Assembly (NCBI GenBank): GCA_905178155.1
Contig: CAJINV010000011.1
Span: forward strand, 2,528,485 to 2,592,484
DNA from: Amoebophrya sp. A120
Lineage: Eukaryota > Protista > Dinoflagellata
Length of the DNA stretch: 64,000 nucleotides
Direction of reading: 5' to 3'
The notes beneath the pieces were generated by a model. That model was not told the DNA's origin and ran no database searches. It was given only the letters and a program-made list of their open reading frames with translations. Made by a program: the position numbers and the translations under genes. Below, piece by piece: positions 1 through 11,700 of the stretch (positions are counted from its first letter, which is position 1; the number at the start of each line of letters is the position of its first letter).

Positions 1-386
1 GGGTGAAAAGGCGGTCGCTCGGACTTCGCCGATTACCCGCGGCACAAGAGGAGGCGTCGGCGCCCAAAACCTCGCAGGCGCCCCTGTTCTGTCGTTTGGA
101 GTATCTTCGTTGCGTTTTTTCGTTCTGAGTCGCATTACCAAATCGTTTTCAATACCCTCAAATCCTGAAAAGTCAAATGAAAAGTTTTGGAACAGTTCGA
201 ATCGCCCGCCAATTGGGCGAATACGTTTGCAAACATTGCGATGGTGGATTTGCGACCGTGGCCGCTTTCATGTCGTCTTACGTGCAAGAAGAACCTCGGT
301 CGCCTTTTATTTCATCCGCTTTGCTTTGGCGAAGCCAAAAGATAGAATTTCACGAAAAAAGATCCGTTCTGCAACAATTTCCACAG
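1..386. repeat. End of a GC-rich repeat lying in an intron of the HECT gene
   Basis: 1-192 is the reverse complement of 14891-15082; the segment ends in a TTTCCACAG acceptor just before HECT-like coding sequence. Confidence 0.8.
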
Positions 387-757
387 GTGCCCTCTCCGCG
401 GACCACCCGGTTTACAAAAACCTTCTCGACCTGCTTGTGGAAATGGAGTTCAAGGACCGCCAGCGCTTCCTGGACTTCGTCACCTCCTGTCCCCGACTGC
501 CTCCCGGCGGCATGGCCAAGGTGCACATCGAGATCTGCGGGTTATCAGCGACGAGTAGTATTGGTGCCGGCCCAGGAGCAGCTGCGGCGGCCGCCGCCAA
601 CAAGAAAGCGGCGAGCGGCGGAAATTCCAAGCTCCCCTACAGCCGCGCTTGCAGCAGCCAGCTTTACTTGCCGGTGAACTACACCAACAAGGAAGATCTC
701 AGAGTAAACCTGCACGAAGCCATGTACAGCTCCGTCGGGAGTCACGAACACAGATGA
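387..757 (+). CDS. Last exon of a HECT-domain E3 ubiquitin ligase
   Basis: RQRFLDFVTSCPRLPPGG and LPYSRACSSQLYLP..YTNKEDLRVNLHEAM match the HECT C-lobe pattern, including the catalytic Cys. Confidence 0.85.
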
Positions 758-2190
758 TGAACAGTTTCAGTTCCGTTCTGGTCGACGTTCTGGGGCCGCG
801 CGGTTTGGTCTCGTTTAGAGTTTTTCATATCATCTTCAAAGAGAAAGAGTTGTAGATACTCCGAAAAGAAGCTTCATTCAACGTCAAATTTACTCGAAAA
901 GTATAAACCAATGAAATTGAAAAACTGATTCAAAAAATGAATTAGCGTTTCATATTCACAACATACATGTAAATGTGGAGCACGCGCTGTGCTGACTTTG
1001 TTTCTAAGATGAGACATGCTCCTACTTCTGCGAGTGGTTAAGTAATTCATCAAAAGTCTACGTTTACACTTGTGAAAAATACAAAGCGACGGGCCGAATC
1101 CGAGCAGGGGTTCACTAGCCAAATTGAAAATAAAACGTGTACAAATATAAGAAAATCTGTATGGGGTTGTGGGCATATCGAATCCTTCGTTTGGAAAACT
1201 ACACCCGTCATGCCTTTTCATGTACTTTTTTTGTCGTTGTAGCTTTTTTTTGTCCACCGCCTCCGGAAGCTTCAAGGTATGACCCTTCGTGCCCAAGTTG
1301 CATGTAAGACCATTTCTTGTGCTTTGTTTACGCTGGTTGTTGTTTTCAAAAAGTGACAGTGAGTTTTTGCAGCTCGATGCAATGAAAAATGACAATAAAA
1401 ACCTTCCTTCCTATTTGACTTTGTTTCTAATTTCATCGGAATGTATGAAATTCTGATGTCGAAGTGTCAGTAAAAATCTTTTCAAGTATCAGTTCTGCCT
1501 GTGCCATCGATTTGATGCACGGTAAATTCCATTCACCAGTTGACGACCGCGCGCTCTGTGCTTTCTCTCGTCCACGAATGCGGGCCGGCGGCTGGTATCT
1601 CATGTTTGGTGCCTGTGAGTTCGTAGTCGATGTTCTCTGAGGTGGTATCATGTTCTGCTCTTCGTTGTTCAGTTCTTTCAGATTGTTGCGTTTCGCTGCG
1701 CCAGCGTTCGTGTTGGTAAATATGGACCAGAACGATCAACTGTTGTAGCAGAACAAGATAAAAAGTTTGAGTCATCAAGAGATCACCTAGGTTCCAAGCG
1801 ACTCTCTTTTTTTTGGAGGTACGTCTTTTACCAAAAATGCATACTGTAATAGATCCGATCTACATCTATTTTTATAGGATTGTGTTGTCTCGAATGTCGT
1901 GCTGAACAAATAGACGGATTCTATTCTTTGCGCACGTCCTCTTTTAAGCGTCCTGTGTGATTCCCATGAAGAAACTAGGACGACTCGCTACTTGTCCGAC
2001 TCCTGAAAAAGCTTTGGCTATCTTCATTTACTAGTATTGAATGCTGAAATAGCTGAACCTAACGCGGAAATGCACTTTGTGTTCTTTCTGTCCCGATCGA
2101 TTTGAAGGCATTGTTTTTTTGTTAAAAGACCTGTTATATCGTGGCTAGGTCGTGCTGTCGTGTCACGTCGAAAATCAACATTATTCGAAA

Positions 2191-4922
2191 ATGAAGGCGG
2201 ATTCTGGAGTGATGTCTTCCACGAGCAGGTCCGCTGCATTTCCGCAACGGCAACCAGGTGTTGGTTCAAATAAAAGGGGGATCAGCAGCGGTGCCTCGTC
2301 AACATCTGGCATCACTCCCTTCATGTCATCACCGATGGCCGCCACGGATGAGGATGGAGGCCTGTCGCGTCGTGGTCCCGAGGGTCTGCCTCCCCGGCGC
2401 CCTAGCATCCGAGGTAGAATAAACCTGCCACCTTCCGTCCGAAATTTATTGAATTCGGGTGCTGGAGTTAACCACGCAAAGGCAAACGGAACAAATAACG
2501 CACAGCCCCCCAAAGCGCGCGCTTTTAGCCTGGGTTATACGAGCGGACACCATGTTGAAAAGAAGAGCGCAACTACTTCATCGGGTGCGATAAACATCTC
2601 TACGGCCGCTGCCACTGCCACAAAAACAACAAAGGCTCCACCCAGCAGTACAACAGCGACGATCAAAAAGAACAACAACGAGCTGCACCAGAAACATACA
2701 TCCCACCAGCACCACAATAAGCACCATCCCCAGAAGTCCGCGGGCCGAAGTTCGTCCGTGATGAAATTTTTCTGCAAGCTGATCGCGTTGCAGTCACTGT
2801 CGGTCCCACTTGCTGCGTTGTCCGGGTTCGCGTTTCATTTTTTCTACCTGGACTACCAGCTCGGGACGTACGTGCGCGACATCGCGGAGGCCTTGAAAAA
2901 GACGGAATATTCACCCATTTTAGACGATCCGGAGCCGAACAGTACTCAAGTTCTGTTTTTCTTTTTGCTGTTCAATAGAAAGTACTACATTATTTTTGCA
3001 ACTACAACGAATCCACACAGCGACCACGCGAACGAAATATTCAAATCAGCCCCGCAGAGCGAGTTTGTGAAGTCGCTTCGCGCGTGCCGGGACCTGGGGC
3101 GGCGAAACAATCTGGATGTCGAGCACATGCAGGAGGATGTGAAGATGCTGCTCACGGCACTGGGCGAGATGCAGGCGATCTTGCAGGAACGATTTCCAGA
3201 CCTGATCTCCAACGACTCTGAGCTGTACGAGAAGCTTATCAAACAAAAAAGTGTTAACGTTAACGGTCTTTAGAGATTGCAGCTATACATGACAGATTTT
3301 TTCTAGAATGCATGCTATGCAATACAAGTTTAGGCACCTTGACCTTGTTCTCTATGCGTTCCTGCAACGTTAGCGCTTTTTCCTGTGATAAAGCTGGCGA
3401 ATTTCGCGCAGATCCAGAATCGACGCGTGCGACAGCGGTCCAAAACACTCTTATCCTCAGGGAGATTAGGTCCTCGGGAAGAAGTTGTAGAAGATCATGA
3501 CCAACAAAACGAAGCCGGAAATATTTCCGCGAGCGTTCGGCGCGACGTACTGGGAAACCTCCAAGGGGGCGCAGAAGATTTATCTGACGACGTAGAGGAG
3601 CTCATTGTCGACTTAAACTTACCCCCGGAAGTGGAATCGGAAGTTTTGTTCCACAGCATTTCGGACCAACTGCAGCGCTCGGATATTTTGGATGATCAGA
3701 CAAATCAACAAGAAGCAACTGCGAGCGAGGACGAAGATGAACATGATGAACAAGAAGCCGGCCAAGGTGCAACATCGGCTGAAGGTGGTGGAGGTACTGC
3801 TGGGAACGACCGCGACGGGCGCCAGCAAATAATAAACTCGTCGAGTGAAAACAACAACAATCATTTTCTCGAGGCGGAAACAGGGTCGACACCTTCCGAG
3901 CCGACGTCCCATCTCCCGGCGAGAATGGGTGAAGCTGGAGGTGGTCGTCATAACGGCATGCGCCGTGCTATGGATGTGTCAGAGTTGAAATCGACAAAGT
4001 TGAAATAATTTGTCATGCATAGAATGGATGCCAGTTGGAACCCAGTTTCCAAGTGGCGCATGACAAATTTCGGTGGTCCCTAAATCCAGTTTGTCATGCT
4101 GTTTAGGCAGAGAAGAGCGATTTTCTCATGCTACTTTGGCAGCTCGAGCTGTAACCCCAAACAGGCTGACAATCGGCCTCATTTGCCTGCTCTGCAACAC
4201 ACGTACCTCGGGTCATGCATTTTATGCATTACAAAGTATTTCAACTTTGACGATTTCAAACCTGACGCTTCCATACGTGCGAGCTCTTTTCCGGCGGATC
4301 TGCACCGAAGGGCATATCCTGAGTAAAAACGTGCCCACACCAGAGTCAGGATGGAGGTTTTGCAACACAAACCTAGGAGTTTTGTGAGTCACGCATGACA
4401 AGTTTCAGTCCGTAAGGTAGTGCAAGTGAGCAAGGAAAGCCGCATCACAAATCGACCTTCTGATCCTGTTTACAGCATTACAAGTTCCCAAACACGATTG
4501 AAAATGCCTGTCATGGGGTTGCGCATCACAAATGTTCCTGTCATGGCAAATCTGCATGGCAACTCTGGTGTGGGTACGTTTTTACTCAGGATAGGGCAAG
4601 CCACGCCGTTATAGGGGGAGCTTCTGGGGCAGCAGGAGGAGGAGGAGTTCCTGGGGTAGGACAGCTTCAGTCATCTGAAACAGGTAGTAACACGCGGCGG
4701 TTCACCCCGCCAGCGTACGGAACAGTGCCACGGCCGGACTCTTTCCCGTTGCTCGGACGGAGTACTGCTGGAGGCCGCGTGGTGGAGGATCAACACGTTC
4801 CTTTTGCCGGTACTACTCCTTCTAATGAAACGCAAATGTTGTTGTTGACCAATGTCGTAAACAACGCAAATCATGGGCTGCAGTTCGACGGCAGAGCTGA
4901 CGTCGGCAGTAGACCGCAGTGA
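2191..4922 (+). CDS. Hypothetical multi-exon protein with one hydrophobic segment; introns about 2943-3020, 3237-3395, 3969-4280, 4315-4598
   Basis: ORFs 2152-3273, 3385-4008 and 4725-4922 join in frame (YEKL|ANFAQ, MRRA|SSFPAD, HRRA|SHAVIG) after removing TIR/TSD inserts. Confidence 0.7.
3237..3390. mobile_element. Introner-like insert (non-canonical intron)
   Basis: TSD AAGCT; TATCAAACAAAAAAGTGTTAACGTT ... AACGTTAGCGCTTTTTCCTGTGATA imperfect TIR. Confidence 0.85.
3969..4275. mobile_element. Introner family A
   Basis: TSD CGTGC; about 40-bp TIR TATGGATGTGTCAGAGTTGAAATCGACAAAGTTGAAATA; homologous to 43125 and 45298. Confidence 0.92.
4315..4593. mobile_element. Introner-like insert
   Basis: TSD GGGCA; near-perfect about 32-bp TIR TATCCTGAGTAAAAACGTGCCCACACCAGAGT. 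Confidence 0.92.
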
Positions 4923-6693
4923 CACAAAAACTGTGATTCACCTTCCGCAACGAGCTTGGCAGGAGGTCTATGTATCTCGCCCGCGACGTGAAGCAACAGA
5001 GCACGACGGTGCCCGGGCGGACACGTATTGCGGAAAAATACAACTGCGGATGCAGCAGCCAGTCGATGCGCTCCACCAGTGCTGTTGATTTTCCTGTTTC
5101 CGTTGTGGCACTACTAATTGCTGTGCCATCAACACAGAAGTTGCAGAACGGGCGTGACCTTGTTGACCGGCTTCTCGTCGTTTCCCCCGCATTAAGCATT
5201 TAGATATAAACGAACTATTTCTATTGCTGTGAGCATCAGGATCTGTAGTGAAGGAAATTGTCGTCGAATATTGCGAATTTTGCGAGCATTTTTTGATTCC
5301 AAAAATTGGTCAAGTGATTAGTATTGAGCTTTTGCAATTTGTAAGTCTTCGACAGCACGACTTTTCAACTCTATTATTACTAAATTACGTCGAGGACGTA
5401 CGAAGCAGAACCAAAGCGAAAAGTTAAAGAAACGAAAAACTTTGCCAGCGACTGAAGAAAACAACTTAACAAAAAGGATGTAGCTTCAGTCTGGTATCAA
5501 TTAGTCCAAACACGACGACGAGGACGCAGCAAAGTATTTCAATTTCTGCAAAAGATTTTCGAGATGATGAACTTCGTGCTGATGCTGATACGCATAGAAA
5601 GAAAAGCGCTTTATTGACCTCCACGTGTACTTTCGAAATCGATTTCTCAGACGTGATTCATTGAAAAAAATTGACGAGACAAGTATTGTTGAGAAGCCAA
5701 AATGGATCCGTGGTTCGCGAGCAATTTTTTTCAAACGCATGTAAATCAATTTCGAAAACAAGATGAAATCGAGATCGAGTCATACCAACATGCGTTTGTA
5801 GGGCCGCACTAGCGTAGCGAGTCGTAAAAGGAAGGGTGTATTTGCGTGTGTATAAGAAAGCAAATGCAAAAAGCGTATCAATGCAATCGATTTTTGGAAA
5901 ATGCCTATGAACCAAAATTTTTGAACCCGCAGTTCCTCATACCTCAGAAAAGACTCAGCATAATTATGCAAAACTCCAGAATTGTGGACAGTGAAGAAGG
6001 ACAAACACACAGATCCGGTGTGGTTACAGTAAGGGCTTGGTTATTCCTCTTCTAGTGCAGTAAAGTTCCTGTTGAAAGTTCCTTTCTGTTTTGGATATTT
6101 TGTTGTTGGTGAGATATGATCTCATGTTCCTGCCACTAGAAGAGACTTGTATGTGTAGAGACAGCATGCATTAGCTGCCTCGAGTCTGGCTACTCCATCT
6201 GCAAGATGATTGAAAACTACGCCAGGTAGAACCAAGGATGACAAACGCTAAAGCGGCCCTCGTACGGTTGGAAACTCCCACGCAGTTTGTTGCGTGCTGA
6301 TGAAACTCAGTGAAGACCTTGCAGGCCATGCTTGACAAAGGTACCTTTCCTCTCAGTTGTTGCAGGCAGGTAGTGCTGCTACCTGTGCTCTCTTCGGAGC
6401 CCACAGTTAGTAGTGCCCCCTGTCAGTTGTTGTTTCATTCCATGCTCCACATAAGCGATACGAAGTAGAGGCTGTAAATGATGGAGATCCGCATGTGTGC
6501 GAAAAAACAGATCTGCATGAGAAAAATGATTAGCGTATTTGGTGCACAATCTGGAACTATATCCCCGACACTCGCCTCACAACATACAGTGCCCAGTTTC
6601 CAAAAATGCCTTTCGCATGCAGCTGTAGTTAAAAAGCTATCACCTCCTCGTGTCGTTAGACTCCACCTGCGCTGTAAGTATCGCCCTGGAAAA

Positions 6694-7299
6694 ATGCCCC
6701 CAGCCCCGATCCGCACATGCGCGAAGTGCGCAGAGAAGGAAGCTGATAATCAAGCTCTCCTTCGTGAGCGCTCTGAAAAGAATGAAGAAATCGCGGGATG
6801 GGAAAAGCGCTGGAAAAATGACTCTGTATCCATGGAGAACCAGCAGGAGCTCGCCTCTGTTCGCTTACGCCTGCGTGATGCGATCAAAGGCAAAAACAAA
6901 GCCATTATTGAGAAGAATGCCTTGAAAGAGGAGAAAAAAGAACTAGAAGAAAAGTATGAGGAATTGGAGAAAGAGTGCCAATTAGCTAATGCGCATGCGT
7001 TCCTTGGCGCGGAATGTGTGAAAAAAGCGATGTGGCTGCGCGGTCAATGTAAGAGACACGAATTTAAGGACCTCTTAATTTGTGATCTCCCGCATAAGAA
7101 GACCCCATTCACAAACGAGCACCTAATCGCACAGATGCTCCCGAGTGATGAAGTTGCTGGCCCCCTGCCAGATCGTGAATCCTTAGAGAAGATGACTGAT
7201 GCGGTGCTCGACCAGATGTCCGATTTTCTCGGTCGCTGGTCGACCGATGAGCACTCGTTAAAAAAGAAGGAAGCCTCTAGCTCTAGTAAGAAGAAATAA
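6694..7299 (+). CDS. Hypothetical coiled-coil protein (start may be further upstream, 6478)
   Basis: Open frame with E/K-rich heptads and a CAKC motif; no family recognised. Confidence 0.5.
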   Translation: MPPAPIRTCAKCAEKEADNQALLRERSEKNEEIAGWEKRWKNDSVSMENQQELASVRLRLRDAIKGKNKAIIEKNALKEEKKELEEKYEELEKECQLANAHAFLGAECVKKAMWLRGQCKRHEFKDLLICDLPHKKTPFTNEHLIAQMLPSDEVAGPLPDRESLEKMTDAVLDQMSDFLGRWSTDEHSLKKKEASSSSKKK

Positions 7300-8794
7300 G
7301 AAAACGTTAAGAAGATTCCTGATTACATTCGAGAAACATCTATGTCGTCACTAGAGCGAATTGAACTAGCTGCCTTGCACTAGAGCGAGTTGTACTACGT
7401 ATCTATTTTCTCTTCTATTCATCATCACTTATCGAGGGACACGGAGGAGTATCTACGTACCAGTTTTTAAGATGTACACAACTTCACATTTACAAATGCA
7501 TTTGATAAAAATATAGAGCCAAGCTATCGTCATCATTCAGAAAACTAGCACCGCCACCCGTCACCTCCACAAGATGCTGACAGTGCTAGTCACAGCAGTG
7601 GCGACATTGTTCGTCACTCCTGCAAGCTACATCATGCCGGTGGTAGCCGCAACGTGGTCGTCGTGCACTACTCGTGGCGGTCACTTCAGAATGCTCATGT
7701 TCTTTTACGGGACATCTGAAGTATTTACTTGATATGTGATGCCCTCTTAGCACCTTCCATGAATGCACAAGTCTGTCATGACAAATTGCATATGTGAACT
7801 AATCCAACAATCAAATATTCCCAGGTCCGGATCTTGCTCGCCATGGCCGCATTTTCTTGGATGTTGGGAAACGAGGGCAGGATTCTCACCTACGAAGGAT
7901 GCATTGTCGGATGCCTCCAATATCTACTGTGGCAGATGGCAGAAATTGCGCGTAGTTACTACTTTATATTTGATATGATGACGATGACCATTTACAAATG
8001 CATGGCATGGAGCATGACAAATTGATGCGATGGTACGAAAATGCTAATCGAAATGTATCCAAACTTGACAAAACAGGTTGCTGCCGAGGAATAATGAGCA
8101 ACACCCGCAGGATCCGTTTCATGCTCCAACAAAATAATCACGGTGAAGCTGTGGTAGTGCAAAATGACTTGCAAGTCATTAACAACGATGACTAGAGTGA
8201 GTGGTGTATCTCCACCTGCTCTCGAAGACCTTTTTTTTGTCCTCAAGATGAATGAATCATTCCTCAGCTGAAAAGTGCTTCTTTTCATCAGCAGGAATCA
8301 AACAATCGAGCACTCCCAGCCCTGCACTTGTGCAGTATTACCTGTAAACAGCATAGCAGCCAAAGCCATGCTGTTAGCCATCATTGTGTTTGTTCGTTCC
8401 TATGACGCAAATTAGCATTGCAAGCCAGTACAGGATGAAAAACAACATCACGAAAATGTGACAGAGACTGGCATCACAGACTAGCACCAGAGAGCCGTAC
8501 CATCTACATCACAAAGTAGAATATAAATACCTATCTGCAGCATTACAGGTCTACCCGCAACTGCCGAGTGATTACAGAGTGAAGCAGAGAAAAACCACAA
8601 GAGAGATAGAGTGTAGAAATCGAGAATCAGCTGCACGAGGGGAGATGGAAGAAATAGAGAGATACAAACAGATGCGTCTTCCATTTCTTCTTTCCAAAAA
8701 ACACTGTAGGGCTGAAACTTTTTCGTGATCATAGACAGAAACCTTGAAAATGAAGTTTTGGTCCTCCGAATAGCTGGATTTCTCCCCAGTGAAG

Positions 8795-11700
8795 ATGACA
8801 GGACGTAAAAGCAGTACCGCTGAGAAGCGGAAATCTGCCGTAAAGGTATGCCCTTTCTCTAATGATTACTTTGGTTTATTGTTTTGATTTTTGCTTCCGA
8901 CAGTATACAGAAGTTGATGTCTTATCACCATGACAAAACCAAATTAGCATAACAAATTCCATATTTGATCATGAGTCCTTGAATTATTATCAGGACGAAG
9001 CCCAGCATAAGCCGAGCCCCACGCCGAAAGCCAAAGCCGCTGTTGCGAAAGCTAGATCGAGGTCAGCATCGAGAGAGAAGGATGAAGGACGTGACACAGA
9101 CCACGCTATCGACAAGAACGTGACGCAGCCCGCGACATCGCCAGAGGACAAGCCCCTGACACAGTCCACGACAGCATCGCAGGTGAAGACCGTGTCGCAG
9201 TCCTCGTCCACGACAGAGGTGAAGAGCGTGTCGCAGTCCTCTACGACACAGGAGATGAAGGGCATGTCGCAGTCCGTGACGCACGACGAGCAACCCGCAG
9301 CAAGCAGTGTAGCGACACCCGCCCGAGCAGCTGGGAGTAGCACAGCTGCAACCATCCCGGCGTCAGCAGCAAAGCCGTCACGTACAGCAGGCGATGAACT
9401 GCAACAGGCGGCAAAAGCACCACCTCCCGCCCCCTTGCCAGCAAACGGCTCACTTGCACCGCTACAAGTGATGCTTACGCAAGACTCGACCCTCGGCTTC
9501 TCCCTGAAGCCGGTGCCGACCACCGTGGCGGCGCCACAGCCACAAACGGTGCCATCGATCGATGACAGGCTAGTCATCGACACTGCAGAATTTGGCGAGA
9601 TGAACACGCTGGTGCAGCAGTTTGAAGAGGAGGGAGCGCTCGCTCCGCTCCCCCCGGGCGTCTGCGATGACGATGAAGCAGAACCTAGCGTCGTCAACCC
9701 CACCACCCCCAAGGTAAGTGATATGGTGTTGAGCAGCACCAATAGTAAAGGGGTAAAACTCTTTGACCTGGGACAGGTCAAAAAGGCAAGTTTAGCCTCG
9801 GGTGAGCCAGTGGAGAAGAAGCAAAGGAGAGTTTCCTTTGCAGGAAGCGACCAAGATGTGCAGTCACAGCAGCAGACGAAGGAACCCTCCCCCCTGGACC
9901 CGAAGCCGTCAACTAGTTGCATCGCCTCACACGTCAAGTCGGTAGACGTTGCAGGGCTACGCAGCATCGGTGCTTCTGACGGGGAGATCCAGATGTTCCT
10001 CTGTGACACCCACGCTCAAACGCTGCTCGCCGAGTTCCAGGAAATTGCTGGTAAGACAGGATCAGTGCTGTCTGACCAGGCATACCTGGACCTGTTGCCT
10101 CCGCCCGGATACATCAGTTCCGGTAGGCAGGTAAAAGTAGCTTTCGAGTCGGGCCCCACGCGGATAGGAGGTGCAGGTGTGTGCGCAAGATTGAGCGACC
10201 CCCGCGGGTCACTAGCACCGCTGTGGGCCGCAGAGCTGGACAACTGTGACTTCTCCTTCAGGCAGACAGCAGCATATTTGTGGAGAATCGCTAACGCAAT
10301 TGCACACGACCTGGACCAGAAAATAGTGCTTGAAAGAAGTACGCAATTCTTGCGCCTCATGGTGTACGACTTGAACATCGCGCCGTGTCCGCAAAAGCCC
10401 GTGTCCGCAAAGAAATTGTGGCGAGAGGAGATCCTCTGCCAATTTGCTGCGAAGGATCCGGTGACGTTCGCGATCTACGTCTTGACCGGCCGGCTATTCG
10501 ACGTGAACACCTTCACAGCGAAGTACGGGAAAGAGAAAGCGAAGAGCCAGAAGATAAAGCTGGAGACGCAGCGAGACTTCCGGCTAGGAGTCACAGTCAC
10601 AAAAGTGGCGACCACGGGCTGCCAAGACACCGAGAAATTCTCGATCTCCGATGTCGACCGCCTGTGGAGAAAAGACCTCGACGTCAACGGTCAGCTCCTG
10701 CCGATTGGAGATGTGGTGAAACAGTACGTCCTTTCAGGAGCTTTTCTCCGCCGCGCGTGGCCAGTGCTCGTAGCCAGCGACTGGCACAACGTTGCTGCGC
10801 TAGCCGAGCTCCTGGGCGAGAAACTACACACCATCCTGTATGCGCACCAACTGTCGTTCGAGACGCTAAAATTGTACAGCATCCTTCCTGTTTCCGTGGT
10901 ATCGGAAATATTCGAGCTATCGAGTATTACGTGGGTCAAGTTGCTGTACCCGCACATGTCCGACCTCGGAATGGTGCCCTTTAATGTGGTGATGGACAAG
11001 TTCCCGGTCGTGCATCCGACCGCGACCAACGTAGCGATGCACATGATCATGTACACCTCGCAGTTTTGGAAGAAAGATGGTGTGCGCATCACGACAGCCA
11101 ACGCGGTAGAGAAGAGATTCCCGCACGTCGGTGGCAGCACAGATCCAGCCCGTGTCTGGAATGATCATATTGAGGATATGTTGGTGATGTGCATGAACAA
11201 TCACTTCATGGAGGGTCTCAACCCGCTCTTGCACTACCAAGACATTCTCCCGCGCGGCCGGCACATGTACCACAAAAATCTGACGTACCAGAATTCCGCT
11301 GCAGTGAGCACATATTTGGACCCTGTCACCCTCCTGCCCACGACCGCACTCGACGACCGCACCACGCGGCCGAACAATAAAGTGTTCAAGAGCATCTGCC
11401 AGGAGAATGCGTACTTTGAGTCCAACCCGCGCTCGCGCACCGAGCACATGTACATGGGCCGGTTCGCCCGGTCGCAGGCCCTGTGTCTCACCATCACCAA
11501 GCACATCATCGATGACATCGGAAACTGCCACAGCAATGACACCTTCGCGCCGACCACAGCGTCCAGGATGTCAGTGCAGCAGCCTCTTTTGCCTGAGGTG
11601 CGAACAAGATCTGCTGTACAAGCCCCGATGCTTGACGAACAGATAGCGGATGACACGCCGGACGACGCAGCAGAAGCGACGAGAATTCAAGAGCAGTTAG

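Noticed and set aside
874-1780. Small minus-strand ORFs
   Set aside because: No recognisable domain, AT-rich and against local gene orientation.
7586-8732. Short ORFs including an LPSPLVQLILDFY box-like motif
   Set aside because: Too short and unsupported to call.
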